64,000 bases of DNA, taken from the NCBI GenBank assembly GCA_020059585.1, contig JAGVBU010000004.1, forward strand, positions 16,835 to 80,834. The letters are read 5' to 3'. The translations under genes and the position numbers were made by a program. The notes below the pieces were generated by a model. That model did no database searches. It saw only the letters and a list, made by a program, of their open reading frames with translations, and had not been told where the DNA came from. Positions 26,818-36,458 of this stretch are shown here, in pieces; within the stretch, counting starts at the first letter, position 1, and every line of letters begins with the position of its first letter. The DNA is from Minisyncoccota bacterium (GTDB taxonomy: Bacteria > Patescibacteriota > Minisyncoccia > UBA6257 > GWB1-50-10).

Positions 26818-28673
26818 TAGATAAAAATTGACGTCCCCGCGCGGAAATCGGGAAGGGGAATATTCGCCATTCCTGAGGTGGCTTCATCTCTTAATTCTCG
26901 AAGCCATTCATAACGCTTTTCTTCCTTCATTTGGAATCCTTCCGTCTCTTTTGCGAACGCTTGAGTGAGCGAATTCACGGATATAGCGATCCATTCTATA
27001 TTTTCTTCCTTAGGATTTCCCCGCGATCCCCACCAACGTTCCACGTGATTTTTCCCAAGATAGAATTCGGGATCTCCCGCTCCGAAATAATCAACGGCAA
27101 TTTTTTCCACGATGATTCCCTGTGTTTCCATTTCTTTCTTCCATAACGCGAGCCTTTTTAAATCCTGTCCCCAATCATAATTTGAATCTGTGGCGATGTT
27201 GTATCCGTATGTTGTTCCCCCTCCGAATATATTGAAGAAAGAAAGAAAATAGGGATATGAAGCGAACGATTGTATTCCCGCGCCTATAATGAACCCGAAA
27301 ATAAGAATACTTCTTATATATTTTCCTATTTTCCATTCACTCCGAGATTCGATGAATGTTTTTATGGAATTTGCCGAGAGTATGTACATAAGGGGAATTA
27401 CAGGGAGAAGATGGCGCATGCCTATGTTAAGCGTACTATTCAGACTCCACATCCAATACAACAGTACGAATACAATCATTGAAAATTCAGGTATATGTGT
27501 CCCGATGTATTCTGAGGCTCTTTTGAGGCGCATCTTTTGTTTTGCTGAAGAGAAGACACTCCATATCCCTGCAATTATTCCGAACCCAATAAGAAGGAGT
27601 CCTAGAAGAGTTTCTTTTGTTGCGAAGATTACGGGAAAATAATGTCCCCATCCCACATTAGTGACCTCACCGAGAAAATATCCCGTGTTTCCTCCTGACG
27701 ATCGTTGGATCACCATCAGAATACCGAGAAGATATTCACCAAGAGGACGGAGAATCGTGTTTCCCGCGAGAAATATATTCAAATCCTTAAGGAAAGGGGG
27801 AGAAAATCCTTCTAACAGCACCGTAGTGTCATATAATTGCCGATCCAGAGGATAATGAAGCGTGAAAAGAAAATATACTGCGTATATGGCAATTATTCCT
27901 ATGAGAAATATCCCCGCAAGCGATTTTCCGTAAAACCAAAGACGTCGCATTGGACGATATGATTCGTTTTCTCTATTTCTATACCATTCTGCTGAAAACG
28001 AAATAAGCGTAAGCGCGCCATAAAGAGGGATAAGGAGTACGTTTGAAAATTTGAGCAGCTCTGCTATTCCGAAACATATTCCCGCGATCCAAATTTTTTT
28101 CCTCGAGGGAAATGTGAGAAACGATGAAAAAGAAAATATTCCCATGAGTACTCCGAGCGTTGCGCCGATATCGGTTGTCACATAGTGTCCGTGCGCAAGA
28201 ATAGTCGGGGAGAGTCCAAAGAGTGCCGCGGGAATAAGAGCCCACCATGGTCCCATGAGCTCTCTCGCCCAAAAAAAGATAATAAATACGGAAATGAGCG
28301 TGAGCAAGATGGGTAGTATGCGCGCCCAGAATATTATTTCATCCGCGTCGTTTCCTGAATGATAGAGAAACTCTATTCCCGCATCCCATTGCCCGTTGAC
28401 GTCGCGATCCCAGCTTTTATGTTCCGTGGGAAAACTTATATCAAGGAAAAGAAGGGGTATGCTTGAAAGTGCTTTTACAAGAGGGGGATGCTCGGGATTC
28501 AGCCGATAGTCAAAATAACGAACGTATCCGTATCCTGCGGGGATATGCGCGAGTTCATCCATGGTACCCGATTCTTCGCGTGCAGTGAGAAACATGAATA
28601 AAAATGAGGCGCACACGATTGCGGTGAGGATAAGAATAGAAACAACAGATCCCTTTTTGATAATTGGAGCCAT
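26808..28673 (-). CDS. GT-C fold membrane glycosyltransferase (ArnT/PMT-like)
   Basis: 'TMDE.AHI.AG', 'NPEHPPL.K', many TM helices, 'IG.RHLLP', 'DSN.DWGQDL'. Confidence 0.85.
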   Translation of the reverse strand: MAPIIKKGSVVSILILTAIVCASFLFMFLTAREESGTMDELAHIPAGYGYVRYFDYRLNPEHPPLVKALSSIPLLFLDISFPTEHKSWDRDVNGQWDAGIEFLYHSGNDADEIIFWARILPILLTLISVFIIFFWARELMGPWWALIPAALFGLSPTILAHGHYVTTDIGATLGVLMGIFSFSSFLTFPSRKKIWIAGICFGIAELLKFSNVLLIPLYGALTLISFSAEWYRNRENESYRPMRRLWFYGKSLAGIFLIGIIAIYAVYFLFTLHYPLDRQLYDTTVLLEGFSPPFLKDLNIFLAGNTILRPLGEYLLGILMVIQRSSGGNTGYFLGEVTNVGWGHYFPVIFATKETLLGLLLIGFGIIAGIWSVFSSAKQKMRLKRASEYIGTHIPEFSMIVFVLLYWMWSLNSTLNIGMRHLLPVIPLMYILSANSIKTFIESRSEWKIGKYIRSILIFGFIIGAGIQSFASYPYFLSFFNIFGGGTTYGYNIATDSNYDWGQDLKRLALWKKEMETQGIIVEKIAVDYFGAGDPEFYLGKNHVERWWGSRGNPKEENIEWIAISVNSLTQAFAKETEGFQMKEEKRYEWLRELRDEATSGMANIPLPDFRAGTSIFIYHL

Positions 28674-28702
28674 TTTGCTATCATTATAGTATACATTTTT
28701 CC

Positions 28703-29500
28703 ATGAGAGAATTTTCTTTTCGCGTAAAGGACGGTTTTTCGCTTGTTGAATTGCTTATTTATGTGGGCATCTTTTCAATAAGCGCGGTATTCCTTGTGAG
28801 TATTTTGACAGTGGTGACGCAAGTGCAAATGCGTCAGACCTCCATAGGGGAGGTGAATCAGCAACTCTCTTTCGTAAGCGATACAATAAAACGACTTGTG
28901 CAGACTTCGAGTCTTGTGGATATGCCCGCGGGAGTCGCTTCTTCAACGCTGTCTCTTCGTATGGCATCAAGTTCTCTCGACACGACAAGCGTATACGTGA
29001 GCAGTTCGGTGCTTTATATCGAAGAGAGTGATGATTCGGGAGTTGCGACGATTACGCCGCTTACGGATTCGAACGTCGTTGTGGATGATTTTTCCGTAAT
29101 AAAATATGAAAATCCCACGGGATTCTCAGTGGTGGGGCTTGGACTGACTCTTAGTTACAATACGACGCAGACGAGATCTAAAACGACCCGTTCCCTTCAA
29201 ACGGCGGTTGGCAGGATTTCTGCCGCGGAATTTGACTCGTCAGTATATCCGAACATCGACGGGAGTCACGATCTTGGAACCGCACTTAAGAAGTGGAAGG
29301 ATATTTATCTTTCGGGGGTGCTTGGAATCGGAGTTACAAGTTTCTCTTCTGGATATAAGATTGTGGTAAGCGGAGGAGATATTGCGACAAAAGACGCGAG
29401 TAAGGGATTTGTTGCAAAAACTCCGGACGGAACGGCGTGTTATCGGATAGGAGTTCTTGATACGGGGGCCGTCACCTCAACTTTGGTGTCATGCCCGTAA
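28703..29500 (+). CDS. Type IV pilin-like protein (prepilin cleavage/methylation motif)
   Basis: KDG|FSLVELLIY followed by a hydrophobic helix; Ser/Thr-rich body. Confidence 0.85.
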   Translation: MREFSFRVKDGFSLVELLIYVGIFSISAVFLVSILTVVTQVQMRQTSIGEVNQQLSFVSDTIKRLVQTSSLVDMPAGVASSTLSLRMASSSLDTTSVYVSSSVLYIEESDDSGVATITPLTDSNVVVDDFSVIKYENPTGFSVVGLGLTLSYNTTQTRSKTTRSLQTAVGRISAAEFDSSVYPNIDGSHDLGTALKKWKDIYLSGVLGIGVTSFSSGYKIVVSGGDIATKDASKGFVAKTPDGTACYRIGVLDTGAVTSTLVSCP

Positions 29501-29520
29501 GATCTAATTAAAACATACAG

Positions 29521-29557
29521 AAAGCCGCTGACTTTCGGGGAGCGGCTTTTTCTTTTT
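29521..29557 (+). terminator. Intrinsic terminator
   Basis: AAAGCCGCT...AGCGGCTTT followed by TTCTTTTT. Confidence 0.7.
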
Positions 29558-29586
29558 CCTCAATGCCCGTATAATAGATACTATAT

Positions 29587-30630
29587 ATGAGGAAAATAGC
29601 ATTTTTCGAAGTTGAAGGATGGGAGGAAAAGAAGATTCGCGAAGAGTTTCCTGAGGCGGACCTTTTCTTTACGAAAGAGAAATTACAAGAATTCGACACG
29701 TCGGAAGCAAAAGACTTTGACGTAATCTCTGTTTTTGTGAATTCTGAGGTTACCGAAGAAGTGCTTTCTAATATTCCCTCCGTGAAATGTATCGCGACCC
29801 GATCGACGGGATTCGATCACGTTGATATCGCATATTGCAAAAAGAAGGGGATTCGGGTCGCGTTTGTGCCGGGATATGGAAACAACACTGTCGCGGAATT
29901 CGCATTCGGACTTCTTTTGAATCTCACGAGAAAGATGTATCAGGCGGTTGATCGCGTAAAAGAAAGCGGCGCATTTTCCTATGAGGGATTGCGAGGTGTT
30001 GATCTGAAAGGGAAAACTATGGGAATTATAGGCACGGGCCGCATCGGAAAGGAGGCTATACATATCGCAAAGGGATTTGGGATGGATGTGGTGGCGTTTG
30101 ATCCGCGTCCCGATAATGCGGTTGCGCGCGATATCGGGTTTCGGTACGAATCTCTCGAGAACCTGCTTAGGATTTCCGATTTTGTTTCTATCCACGCGCC
30201 ATATAATGAAAGCACTCATCATCTTATACATAGCGGGAACATCATGCATATGAAGCGGGGATCATATATCGTGAACACCGCGCGCGGAGGGATAATCGAA
30301 ACAGCCGCATTAATCCGTGGCTTGGAGGAGGGTATTCTCGCGGGCGTGGGACTTGATGTGCTCGAAGAAGAAGGAGACGTGAAAGACGAAATGAAATTTT
30401 TCAGTGAAAAAAAGAATAACAGTATATGGAATTCCATGAATGCAAAAACCCCGAAGGAGCTCGAGACTATAATTCAAAATCATATGCTTATGAGAATGCC
30501 GAACGTACTTATCACCCCTCATAACGCGTTCAATACTCAGGAGGCGCTTCAGCGCATTTTAGAGACGACGATTAATAATATTCAGGAATTTTTCGAGGGA
30601 TCCGAGAATCCAAAAAGCTTTATCGTATAG
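29587..30630 (+). CDS. D-2-hydroxyacid (D-lactate-type) dehydrogenase
   Basis: RSTGFDHVD, VP.Y....VAE, GIIGTGRIG, VNTARG, LDV.E.E, TPHNAF.T. Confidence 0.92.
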   Translation: MRKIAFFEVEGWEEKKIREEFPEADLFFTKEKLQEFDTSEAKDFDVISVFVNSEVTEEVLSNIPSVKCIATRSTGFDHVDIAYCKKKGIRVAFVPGYGNNTVAEFAFGLLLNLTRKMYQAVDRVKESGAFSYEGLRGVDLKGKTMGIIGTGRIGKEAIHIAKGFGMDVVAFDPRPDNAVARDIGFRYESLENLLRISDFVSIHAPYNESTHHLIHSGNIMHMKRGSYIVNTARGGIIETAALIRGLEEGILAGVGLDVLEEEGDVKDEMKFFSEKKNNSIWNSMNAKTPKELETIIQNHMLMRMPNVLITPHNAFNTQEALQRILETTINNIQEFFEGSENPKSFIV

Positions 30631-30633
30631 CAT

Positions 30634-31836
30634 ATGATCATTACATCGCTTTCCATGCGGCAAATATTCGACTCTCGGGGAGAGCCTACGATTGAAATAA
30701 CCGCGACATGTGATGGAATTTCTGCTCGTGCCAGCGTGCCTTCGGGAAAAAGCAGGGGACGCAGCGAAGTTTCGGTTTTTTCGATCGCTGAAGCGTATAA
30801 CGCGCTCCCGCGCGTTTCAAAATACGTCGTCGGATATCAATTCGACTCCGTGCGCGCGGTCGATGAACGAATGAATGCGGCTGATGGCACTTCCGACAAA
30901 TCGAAGTTGGGAGGGAACGTGATGCTTGGGATTTCTATGGCAGTGAGCAGGCTTTTTGCGGAGCATTCCGGAAATTCACACTGGAGCACGATGAGGCGCG
31001 AGTTTTTCCCCGAAATGAAAGATGGGAAGAATCCTATTATTTTTTCAAATCTCATAAACGGAGGGGCGCATGCGAAAAATAACCTCGAAATACAGGAATA
31101 TATGGCGGTGATTCGCACGAAGAATTCCTATGAAGAAAGTATCTCGAGGCTTATCACTCTTTATAAGCATCTCGGTGAATCGCTTGCGCGCGCGAAGGGA
31201 TCCTCGGGAAGAGCGCCTATTGGCGATGAGGGGGGGTATGCGTTTGATTTCAGGGACAATTTTGAACCTATAGAATTTTTAAGCGAGCATATTCAGGGTG
31301 ACGGAATGAGCGGATTTTGCTCCATAGGGCTTGATGTCGCGGCATCTTCTTTTTTTGAGGAAGGAAAATATGTATTTGACGGTATCGCGCGTTCGGGGGA
31401 GGAACTGCTCAATATATACGCGGAATATTTCAAAAAAGAAAAGCTTCTTTGTACTATTGAGGATCCTTTTGCGGAATCCGATCCAGAAATGTTTTCTGCG
31501 CTTTCCCGCGTGATCGATTCGAAGTGGGTTGTAGGGGATGATCTTACGGTAACGAATCCTTTATTTATAAAAAAATATGGAGAGGCGCGTTCTATAAACG
31601 GCGTTATTATAAAACCGAATCAAATAGGAACCGTTTCCGAGGCGTGTGATGCGATTCGCGCCGCCCGAGCACATGGAATGAAAGTTATTATTTCTCACCG
31701 TTCAGGAGAGACAGAAGATCCTTTCATTATAGAATTAGCAAAAGCCGCGGCCGCAGACGCGGTGAAAATAGGCGCTCCCACGAAAGAGCGTATGGTGAAA
31801 TTCAATGAACTTATCCGTTTATACGGATCATCATAA
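30634..31836 (+). CDS. eno: Enolase
   Basis: DSRG.PT.E, NGGAHA, GDEGG, EDP, GDDL, KPNQIGT, SHRSGETED. Confidence 0.96.
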   Translation: MIITSLSMRQIFDSRGEPTIEITATCDGISARASVPSGKSRGRSEVSVFSIAEAYNALPRVSKYVVGYQFDSVRAVDERMNAADGTSDKSKLGGNVMLGISMAVSRLFAEHSGNSHWSTMRREFFPEMKDGKNPIIFSNLINGGAHAKNNLEIQEYMAVIRTKNSYEESISRLITLYKHLGESLARAKGSSGRAPIGDEGGYAFDFRDNFEPIEFLSEHIQGDGMSGFCSIGLDVAASSFFEEGKYVFDGIARSGEELLNIYAEYFKKEKLLCTIEDPFAESDPEMFSALSRVIDSKWVVGDDLTVTNPLFIKKYGEARSINGVIIKPNQIGTVSEACDAIRAARAHGMKVIISHRSGETEDPFIIELAKAAAADAVKIGAPTKERMVKFNELIRLYGSS

Positions 31837-31838
31837 TA

Positions 31839-32558
31839 ATGTCACGTGCTGTTTTTGATATTCCCGTTGTTTTCGAAGAGAAGGACTTCGCTGTTTTAAA
31901 CAAGCCCGCTGGCGTGCTGGTTCATGCCACGCGCGGACATGAAGCGTTGGCACCGACCGTCGTCGATTTTGTTCTCAGAAAATATCCTGAGGCGCGTTCC
32001 GTAGGCGATGATCCGGAAACGCGTCCCGGAATTGTGCATCGTCTCGATAAGGACACGTCCGGTGTTCTTGTCGTCGCCCGCACGAAAGATTTTTTTTCTC
32101 ATTTGAAGGGGCTTTTCCAGAAAAGCATGGTGCGGAAGACATATTGCGCGCTTGTATGGGGGAGGGTACCCCTTGAGGGAGTTATCAATATGCCGATAGG
32201 ATTGAAACCGGGGAGCGTGAAGCGGAGCGGGCGCGCGCGGAATATGAAGATGATAAAGGAAGCGGTGACCGAATATGCCGCGATATCGCGGTTCACCTAC
32301 GAAGAGGATGATTTTTCCTTCGTACGTGTTTTTCCGAAGACAGGGAGAACTCACCAAATCCGCGTCCACTTCCTCGAGATCCATCACCCTATTGTTGGCG
32401 ATCAGCTCTACGGGAAAAAGAAGAATCCTTGGAATCTTGAGCGGCAATTCCTGCACGCAGAGTCCATTGAATTTCCTATGCCCGATGGGCGCCGCTTCCG
32501 CATTGATGCCGAACTTCCCGATGAGCTGAAGCGGATATTGAAAACAGGAGAAAAATAA
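31839..32558 (+). CDS. RluA-family pseudouridine synthase
   Basis: NKPAG.LVH, GIVHRLDKDTSG, TGRTHQIRVH, GD.LYG, FLHA. Confidence 0.95.
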   Translation: MSRAVFDIPVVFEEKDFAVLNKPAGVLVHATRGHEALAPTVVDFVLRKYPEARSVGDDPETRPGIVHRLDKDTSGVLVVARTKDFFSHLKGLFQKSMVRKTYCALVWGRVPLEGVINMPIGLKPGSVKRSGRARNMKMIKEAVTEYAAISRFTYEEDDFSFVRVFPKTGRTHQIRVHFLEIHHPIVGDQLYGKKKNPWNLERQFLHAESIEFPMPDGRRFRIDAELPDELKRILKTGEK

Positions 32559-32583
32559 AGACCCCAATATACTGGGGTCTTTT
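32557..32583. terminator. Probable bidirectional terminator between convergent genes
   Basis: AAAGACCCCA-ATATAC-TGGGGTCTTTT. Confidence 0.7.
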
Positions 32584-32590
32584 AAAATTT

Positions 32591-32896
32591 TTATACGAAG
32601 CAGTGTTTCATTTTCTTACGTTGGCGATTGCCATCAGAAGTGATGACAAGTGCGCTTCCGTTTGGAAAATAGTTTGGAACTATATTAACCGCAGTTCCAA
32701 TACCGTATTTTTTCTTATAATAAAAAACTTTGGTATTTTCACCGGGTACCTCTTTTACAGATTCATCGTGGTTACCGTGATCATCTTCTTGGTGAAATGT
32801 GGTGGCTACACGTGACTTTGAACTCTTTGCCTTCAAAATCATTACTACGATGAACAATACGACTCCAATTGCAACGATAAGTAGCATAGGGACCAT
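32591..32896 (-). CDS. Small AT-rich orphan membrane protein
   Basis: 101-aa ORF with an N-terminal TM helix filling an otherwise empty gap. Confidence 0.6.
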   Translation of the reverse strand: MVPMLLIVAIGVVLFIVVMILKAKSSKSRVATTFHQEDDHGNHDESVKEVPGENTKVFYYKKKYGIGTAVNIVPNYFPNGSALVITSDGNRQRKKMKHCFV

Positions 32897-32991
32897 CCTT
32901 TGATTTATTTATGAAATAGTTAGTCTGTCTATAATTATACAATATATACAGTATTTGTCAATATACTTCCCATAATAGTCCCGGTATTGGT

Positions 32992-33020
32992 TTGACTCTT
33001 ATAAAGGAAAACGATACTAT
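32992..33020 (+). promoter_or_regulatory. Promoter predicting a leaderless rplS mRNA
   Basis: TTGACT, 17-nt spacer, TACTAT, then 7 nt to the ATG. Confidence 0.7.
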
Positions 33021-33027
33021 AAAACCC

Positions 33028-33354
33028 ATGATAGATGCTGAAATAATAAAGAAAATAAAGCCAGGCGCGAAAGTGCGCGTGTGGGAGCGGATTAAAGAAG
33101 GCGATAAGGAGCGTCGGTCCGCCTTCGAGGGCATCGTGATCGCAAGAAAGCATGGCGTGCAGGCGGGTGCTACGTTTACCGTCAGGAGCGTGCTGCAGGA
33201 GGTTGGTGTTGAAAAAGTATATCCTCTTCAAACTCCGATTATCGCAAAAGTGGAAATAGTTTCTCCGGCGAAAAAGGTACGGCGCGCGAAGTTGTATTAT
33301 CTCCGCGACCTTTCAAATAAGAAGGTAAGGGAAAAACTCAAGGTATCGTTATAA
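33028..33354 (+). CDS. rplS: 50S ribosomal protein L19
   Basis: PG..VRV..RIKEG.KER...FEGIVI, TFTVR.....VGVEK, VRRAKLYYLR. Confidence 0.97.
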   Translation: MIDAEIIKKIKPGAKVRVWERIKEGDKERRSAFEGIVIARKHGVQAGATFTVRSVLQEVGVEKVYPLQTPIIAKVEIVSPAKKVRRAKLYYLRDLSNKKVREKLKVSL

Positions 33355-33372
33355 AGTGTTCTCATTAAGAAA

Positions 33373-33393
33373 AAACCGCCAGAAAGGCGGTTT
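33373..33393. terminator. Terminator hairpin after rplS
   Basis: AAACCGCC-AGAAA-GGCGGTTT. Confidence 0.65.
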
Positions 33394-33475
33394 AGCTTTT
33401 ATTACATTTTCCCCGCGATCGCGGTGAAAATGTAATATTTTGTTATAGTGTATGCGAGACTTGTCCGCCAACTGA

Positions 33476-33709
33476 CGGAAGGGATTTTCATTGTGCGCGG
33501 GAGATTTGTCCGCCTATGGTGGAGGATTTGTCTGCAAATAAATTTCCTGACGTAAATTTTCTGCAGACCGCCCTCGCGGTGTTCGCCTTTTGTTTCACAA
33601 AAACTCACACATCGCTGCGGGCTTCAAATCCTCACGCGAGCAAAGACATTTGCTCGCTTCCCGCAAATTTAAAAATCCCTCCGCGAGTCAGCGGAAGGGA
33701 TTTTCATTG
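33476..33709 (-). repeat. tRNA-Leu-associated structured element with a duplicated tRNA 3' end
   Basis: 29-bp direct repeat 33476-33504 = 33692-33720; inverted T-arm copy at 33622-33633; several internal hairpins. Confidence 0.8.
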
Positions 33710-33793
33710 TGCGCGGGAGAGGATTTGAACCTCCAAGCCCTTGCGGGCGCTACCACCTCAAGGTAGTGCGTCTGCCAGTTTCGCCACCCGCGC
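33710..33793 (-). tRNA. tRNA-Leu(GAG)
   Basis: Acceptor GCGCGGG/CCCGCGC-A, anticodon arm CTACC-TTGAGGT-GGTAG, long variable arm, T-loop TTCAAAT. CCA not encoded. Confidence 0.96.
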
Positions 33794-33891
33794 ATACGTA
33801 CACATAGTACTATGCGCTTTTACCATTTTCAAGAATAGATGTGTTGCGCTGATACTGTATAATAAATATAGATTCTTTTGCGGAGGATAAT

Positions 33892-34209
33892 ATGAAAATA
33901 GAACGTCTCTTCTGTGTCCGATGCGGCATAAAGACGCCGCAGGCGCTTATTTTTCCCTCGCGAAAAGAGGAGGGAAACGAATATGTTTCGATATGCTCGC
34001 TTTGTCTTTCGTCTTCTTCCGTCTATCTCAAAGAGAAAGATCGTTCCAATTTTATTACGTTTTTTTGTCTTTCGGATCGATGTCAGATGCGCGTGCGCGG
34101 CGAGATAATAGGCGAAGGGAAGAAAGAGGACGAGGTTTATGATCGTGTGATCGCATTATGTCCGTTTTGCGGGAGAAAATATGAATTTATCCTGAAAAAA
34201 CATAGATAA
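33892..34209 (+). CDS. Small Cys-rich hypothetical protein (two putative zinc ribbons)
   Basis: CVRC, CSLC, CLSDRC, CPFC; GGAGGA upstream; terminator-like hairpin at about 34213-34236. Confidence 0.7.
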   Translation: MKIERLFCVRCGIKTPQALIFPSRKEEGNEYVSICSLCLSSSSVYLKEKDRSNFITFFCLSDRCQMRVRGEIIGEGKKEDEVYDRVIALCPFCGRKYEFILKKHR

Positions 34210-34293
34210 TATAAGGGCTTTTTGAAGCCCTTTTTCTTTGTATATATAAGGAAAATATGATAATCTTAAGGGGTGCCAGAAGGGCGTTTTTTT

Positions 34294-36231
34294 ATGAAAA
34301 AAGAGGAAAAAAAGAACACAGAAAAGGGCTCATATGGAGCAAAGGACATATTCGTCCTCGAGGGACTTGAACCGGTCAGAAAGAGGCCGGGAATGTATAT
34401 CGGGACGACGAGCACCGAGGGATTGCACCATCTCATTTGGGAGGTGGTCGACAATTCCATTGATGAAGCGATGGCTGGTCATGCTAAAAATATACGCATT
34501 GAATTTTTGAAGGGAAACAAGGTGGCGGTTACGGATGACGGGCGTGGTATTCCGGTAGAGGTGCATGCGCAAACGAAGAAATCGACGCTCGAGACCGTAT
34601 TAACCACTCTTCATGCGGGAGGAAAGTTTGGTGGAGAAGGATACAAGGTTTCGACTGGGCTTCACGGCGTCGGCGTATCCGTAGTGAATGCGCTTTCAGA
34701 CTGGCTTCGTGTTGAGGTGAAGCGTGACGGAGGATTGTATGTTCAGGAATACGAGCGGGGAAAACCCAAGGGATCAGTGAAAAAAACAGGAAAAGCGGAC
34801 GGTACGGGAACAAAAGTAATATTTTCTCCCGATCCCACAATCTTTCCGAAAACCGATTTTGACGCAAAGAAAGTCATCGACCATCTTCGTCATCAAGCCT
34901 ATCTTACGAAGGGGATACATATGGAAATCGTGGATGAACGCGATGAGATCCCTATGTTTTACGGTTTTTATTTTGATGGAGGACTTCGATCGTTCATTCA
35001 TCATCTCGTCGACGGGCAATCCGTAGCGCCGATACAGGAAGAGGAATTTTATATAAAGAAAGAATATGAGGGCGTGGATGTCGAAGTTGCGTTCGTATAT
35101 ACGGGAGAGGTGGAGAGCACGGAAATGAGTTTTGCGAATAATGTGTACACAATGGACGGAGGAATGCACCTCACGGGATTTCGTACCGCGCTTACGCGCA
35201 CATTGAACGATTACGCGCGGCAAAACGGTAGCGTGAAAGACGCGGAGGAAAATCTTACCGGAGATGATGTGCGCGAAGGATTAGTCGCGCTTGTGGCGGT
35301 GCGTATCCGTGAACCTCAATTTGAGGGACAAACGAAGGGGCGGTTAGGAAACGCGGAAGCGCGCACGGCGGTTGACGCGGTGGTGAGCGAGGCGCTCAAG
35401 GAGTTTCTCGAGCGGCATAGCGCGGACGCGAAAAGTATTCTCCAAAAGAATCTTCTTGCGGCAAAAGCTCGAAAGGCCGCAAAAGCCGCCAAAGACACTG
35501 TTTTGCGGAAGGGAATGCTTGAAGGAATGACGCTCCCGGGAAAGCTTGCGGATTGTTCTTCTAGAAAACCGGAGGAATCCGAGCTTTTTGTCGTTGAGGG
35601 AGATTCCGCGGGAGGCTCTTGTAAGCAGGGGCGCGATCGCCGCACGCAGGCGATACTTCCACTTAAAGGAAAAATATTAAATGTCGAAAAAGCGCGAATA
35701 GACAAGATGCTTCTCAATAAGGAGATACGATCCCTTGTGGTAGCGCTTGGTACCGCGATTTCCGATAAATTTGATATCACGAAGCTCCGTTATCACAAAA
35801 TAATTCTTATGTCAGATGCTGATGTGGATGGTGCTCATATTTGCACGCTTCTCCTCACTCTTTTTTACAGATATTTCCCCGATATTATCGAGAAGGGACA
35901 TTTGTATGTAGCGCAACCACCTCTTTTCCGAGTACAGAAAGGAAAGGACGTACGATACGCATACAGTGATGCGGAACGCGACTCCATTGTAAAAACACTC
36001 GGAGGGAATGAGGGAGTGGGAATACAGCGTTATAAAGGTTTGGGAGAAATGAATCCTGAACAATTATGGGAAACGACGATGAATCCGGAGAATCGTATGC
36101 TGAAAAAGGTGGTGGTGGGGGATTCAGTACAGGCAAGCCATCTCTTCGATGTGCTCATGGGAGAGAGCGTGGAACCGAGAAAAAACTTTATTAACGCGCA
36201 CGCAACTGCGGTGAAAAACCTTGACATTTAG
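34294..36231 (+). CDS. gyrB: DNA gyrase subunit B (type IIA topoisomerase B subunit)
   Basis: VRKRPGMYIG, EVVDNSIDE, DDGRGIP, GLHGVG.SVVNALS, EGDSAGG, DADVDG.HI, RYKGLGEMN. Confidence 0.96.
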   Translation: MKKEEKKNTEKGSYGAKDIFVLEGLEPVRKRPGMYIGTTSTEGLHHLIWEVVDNSIDEAMAGHAKNIRIEFLKGNKVAVTDDGRGIPVEVHAQTKKSTLETVLTTLHAGGKFGGEGYKVSTGLHGVGVSVVNALSDWLRVEVKRDGGLYVQEYERGKPKGSVKKTGKADGTGTKVIFSPDPTIFPKTDFDAKKVIDHLRHQAYLTKGIHMEIVDERDEIPMFYGFYFDGGLRSFIHHLVDGQSVAPIQEEEFYIKKEYEGVDVEVAFVYTGEVESTEMSFANNVYTMDGGMHLTGFRTALTRTLNDYARQNGSVKDAEENLTGDDVREGLVALVAVRIREPQFEGQTKGRLGNAEARTAVDAVVSEALKEFLERHSADAKSILQKNLLAAKARKAAKAAKDTVLRKGMLEGMTLPGKLADCSSRKPEESELFVVEGDSAGGSCKQGRDRRTQAILPLKGKILNVEKARIDKMLLNKEIRSLVVALGTAISDKFDITKLRYHKIILMSDADVDGAHICTLLLTLFYRYFPDIIEKGHLYVAQPPLFRVQKGKDVRYAYSDAERDSIVKTLGGNEGVGIQRYKGLGEMNPEQLWETTMNPENRMLKKVVVGDSVQASHLFDVLMGESVEPRKNFINAHATAVKNLDI

Positions 36232-36265
36232 CCATTTGAATTTTAATCTAAATCAGTAAAAATAT

Positions 36266-36451
36266 ATGAACGATCGTGTAAAAAACTTTATTCAGGAATC
36301 GCGCCAAGAATTGAAACGCGTAAACTGGCCGACCAAACAGGAAACAGCGCGATATACGATTTTTGTGGCGCTTTTTTCAATAGGAGTGGCGGCATTTCTC
36401 GGGATACTCGATTTTATCTTTATGCAGATTCTCGAAAAATCAATCCTCTAA
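36266..36451 (+). CDS. secE: Preprotein translocase subunit SecE
   Basis: ELKRVNWPT followed by a single TM helix; precedes nusG. Confidence 0.94.
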   Translation: MNDRVKNFIQESRQELKRVNWPTKQETARYTIFVALFSIGVAAFLGILDFIFMQILEKSIL

Positions 36452-36458
36452 TTAATAT

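Noticed and set aside
33402-33728. Short ORFs in the tRNA-Leu downstream element
   Set aside because: They run through hairpins and the tRNA duplicate; the structure explains the sequence better.
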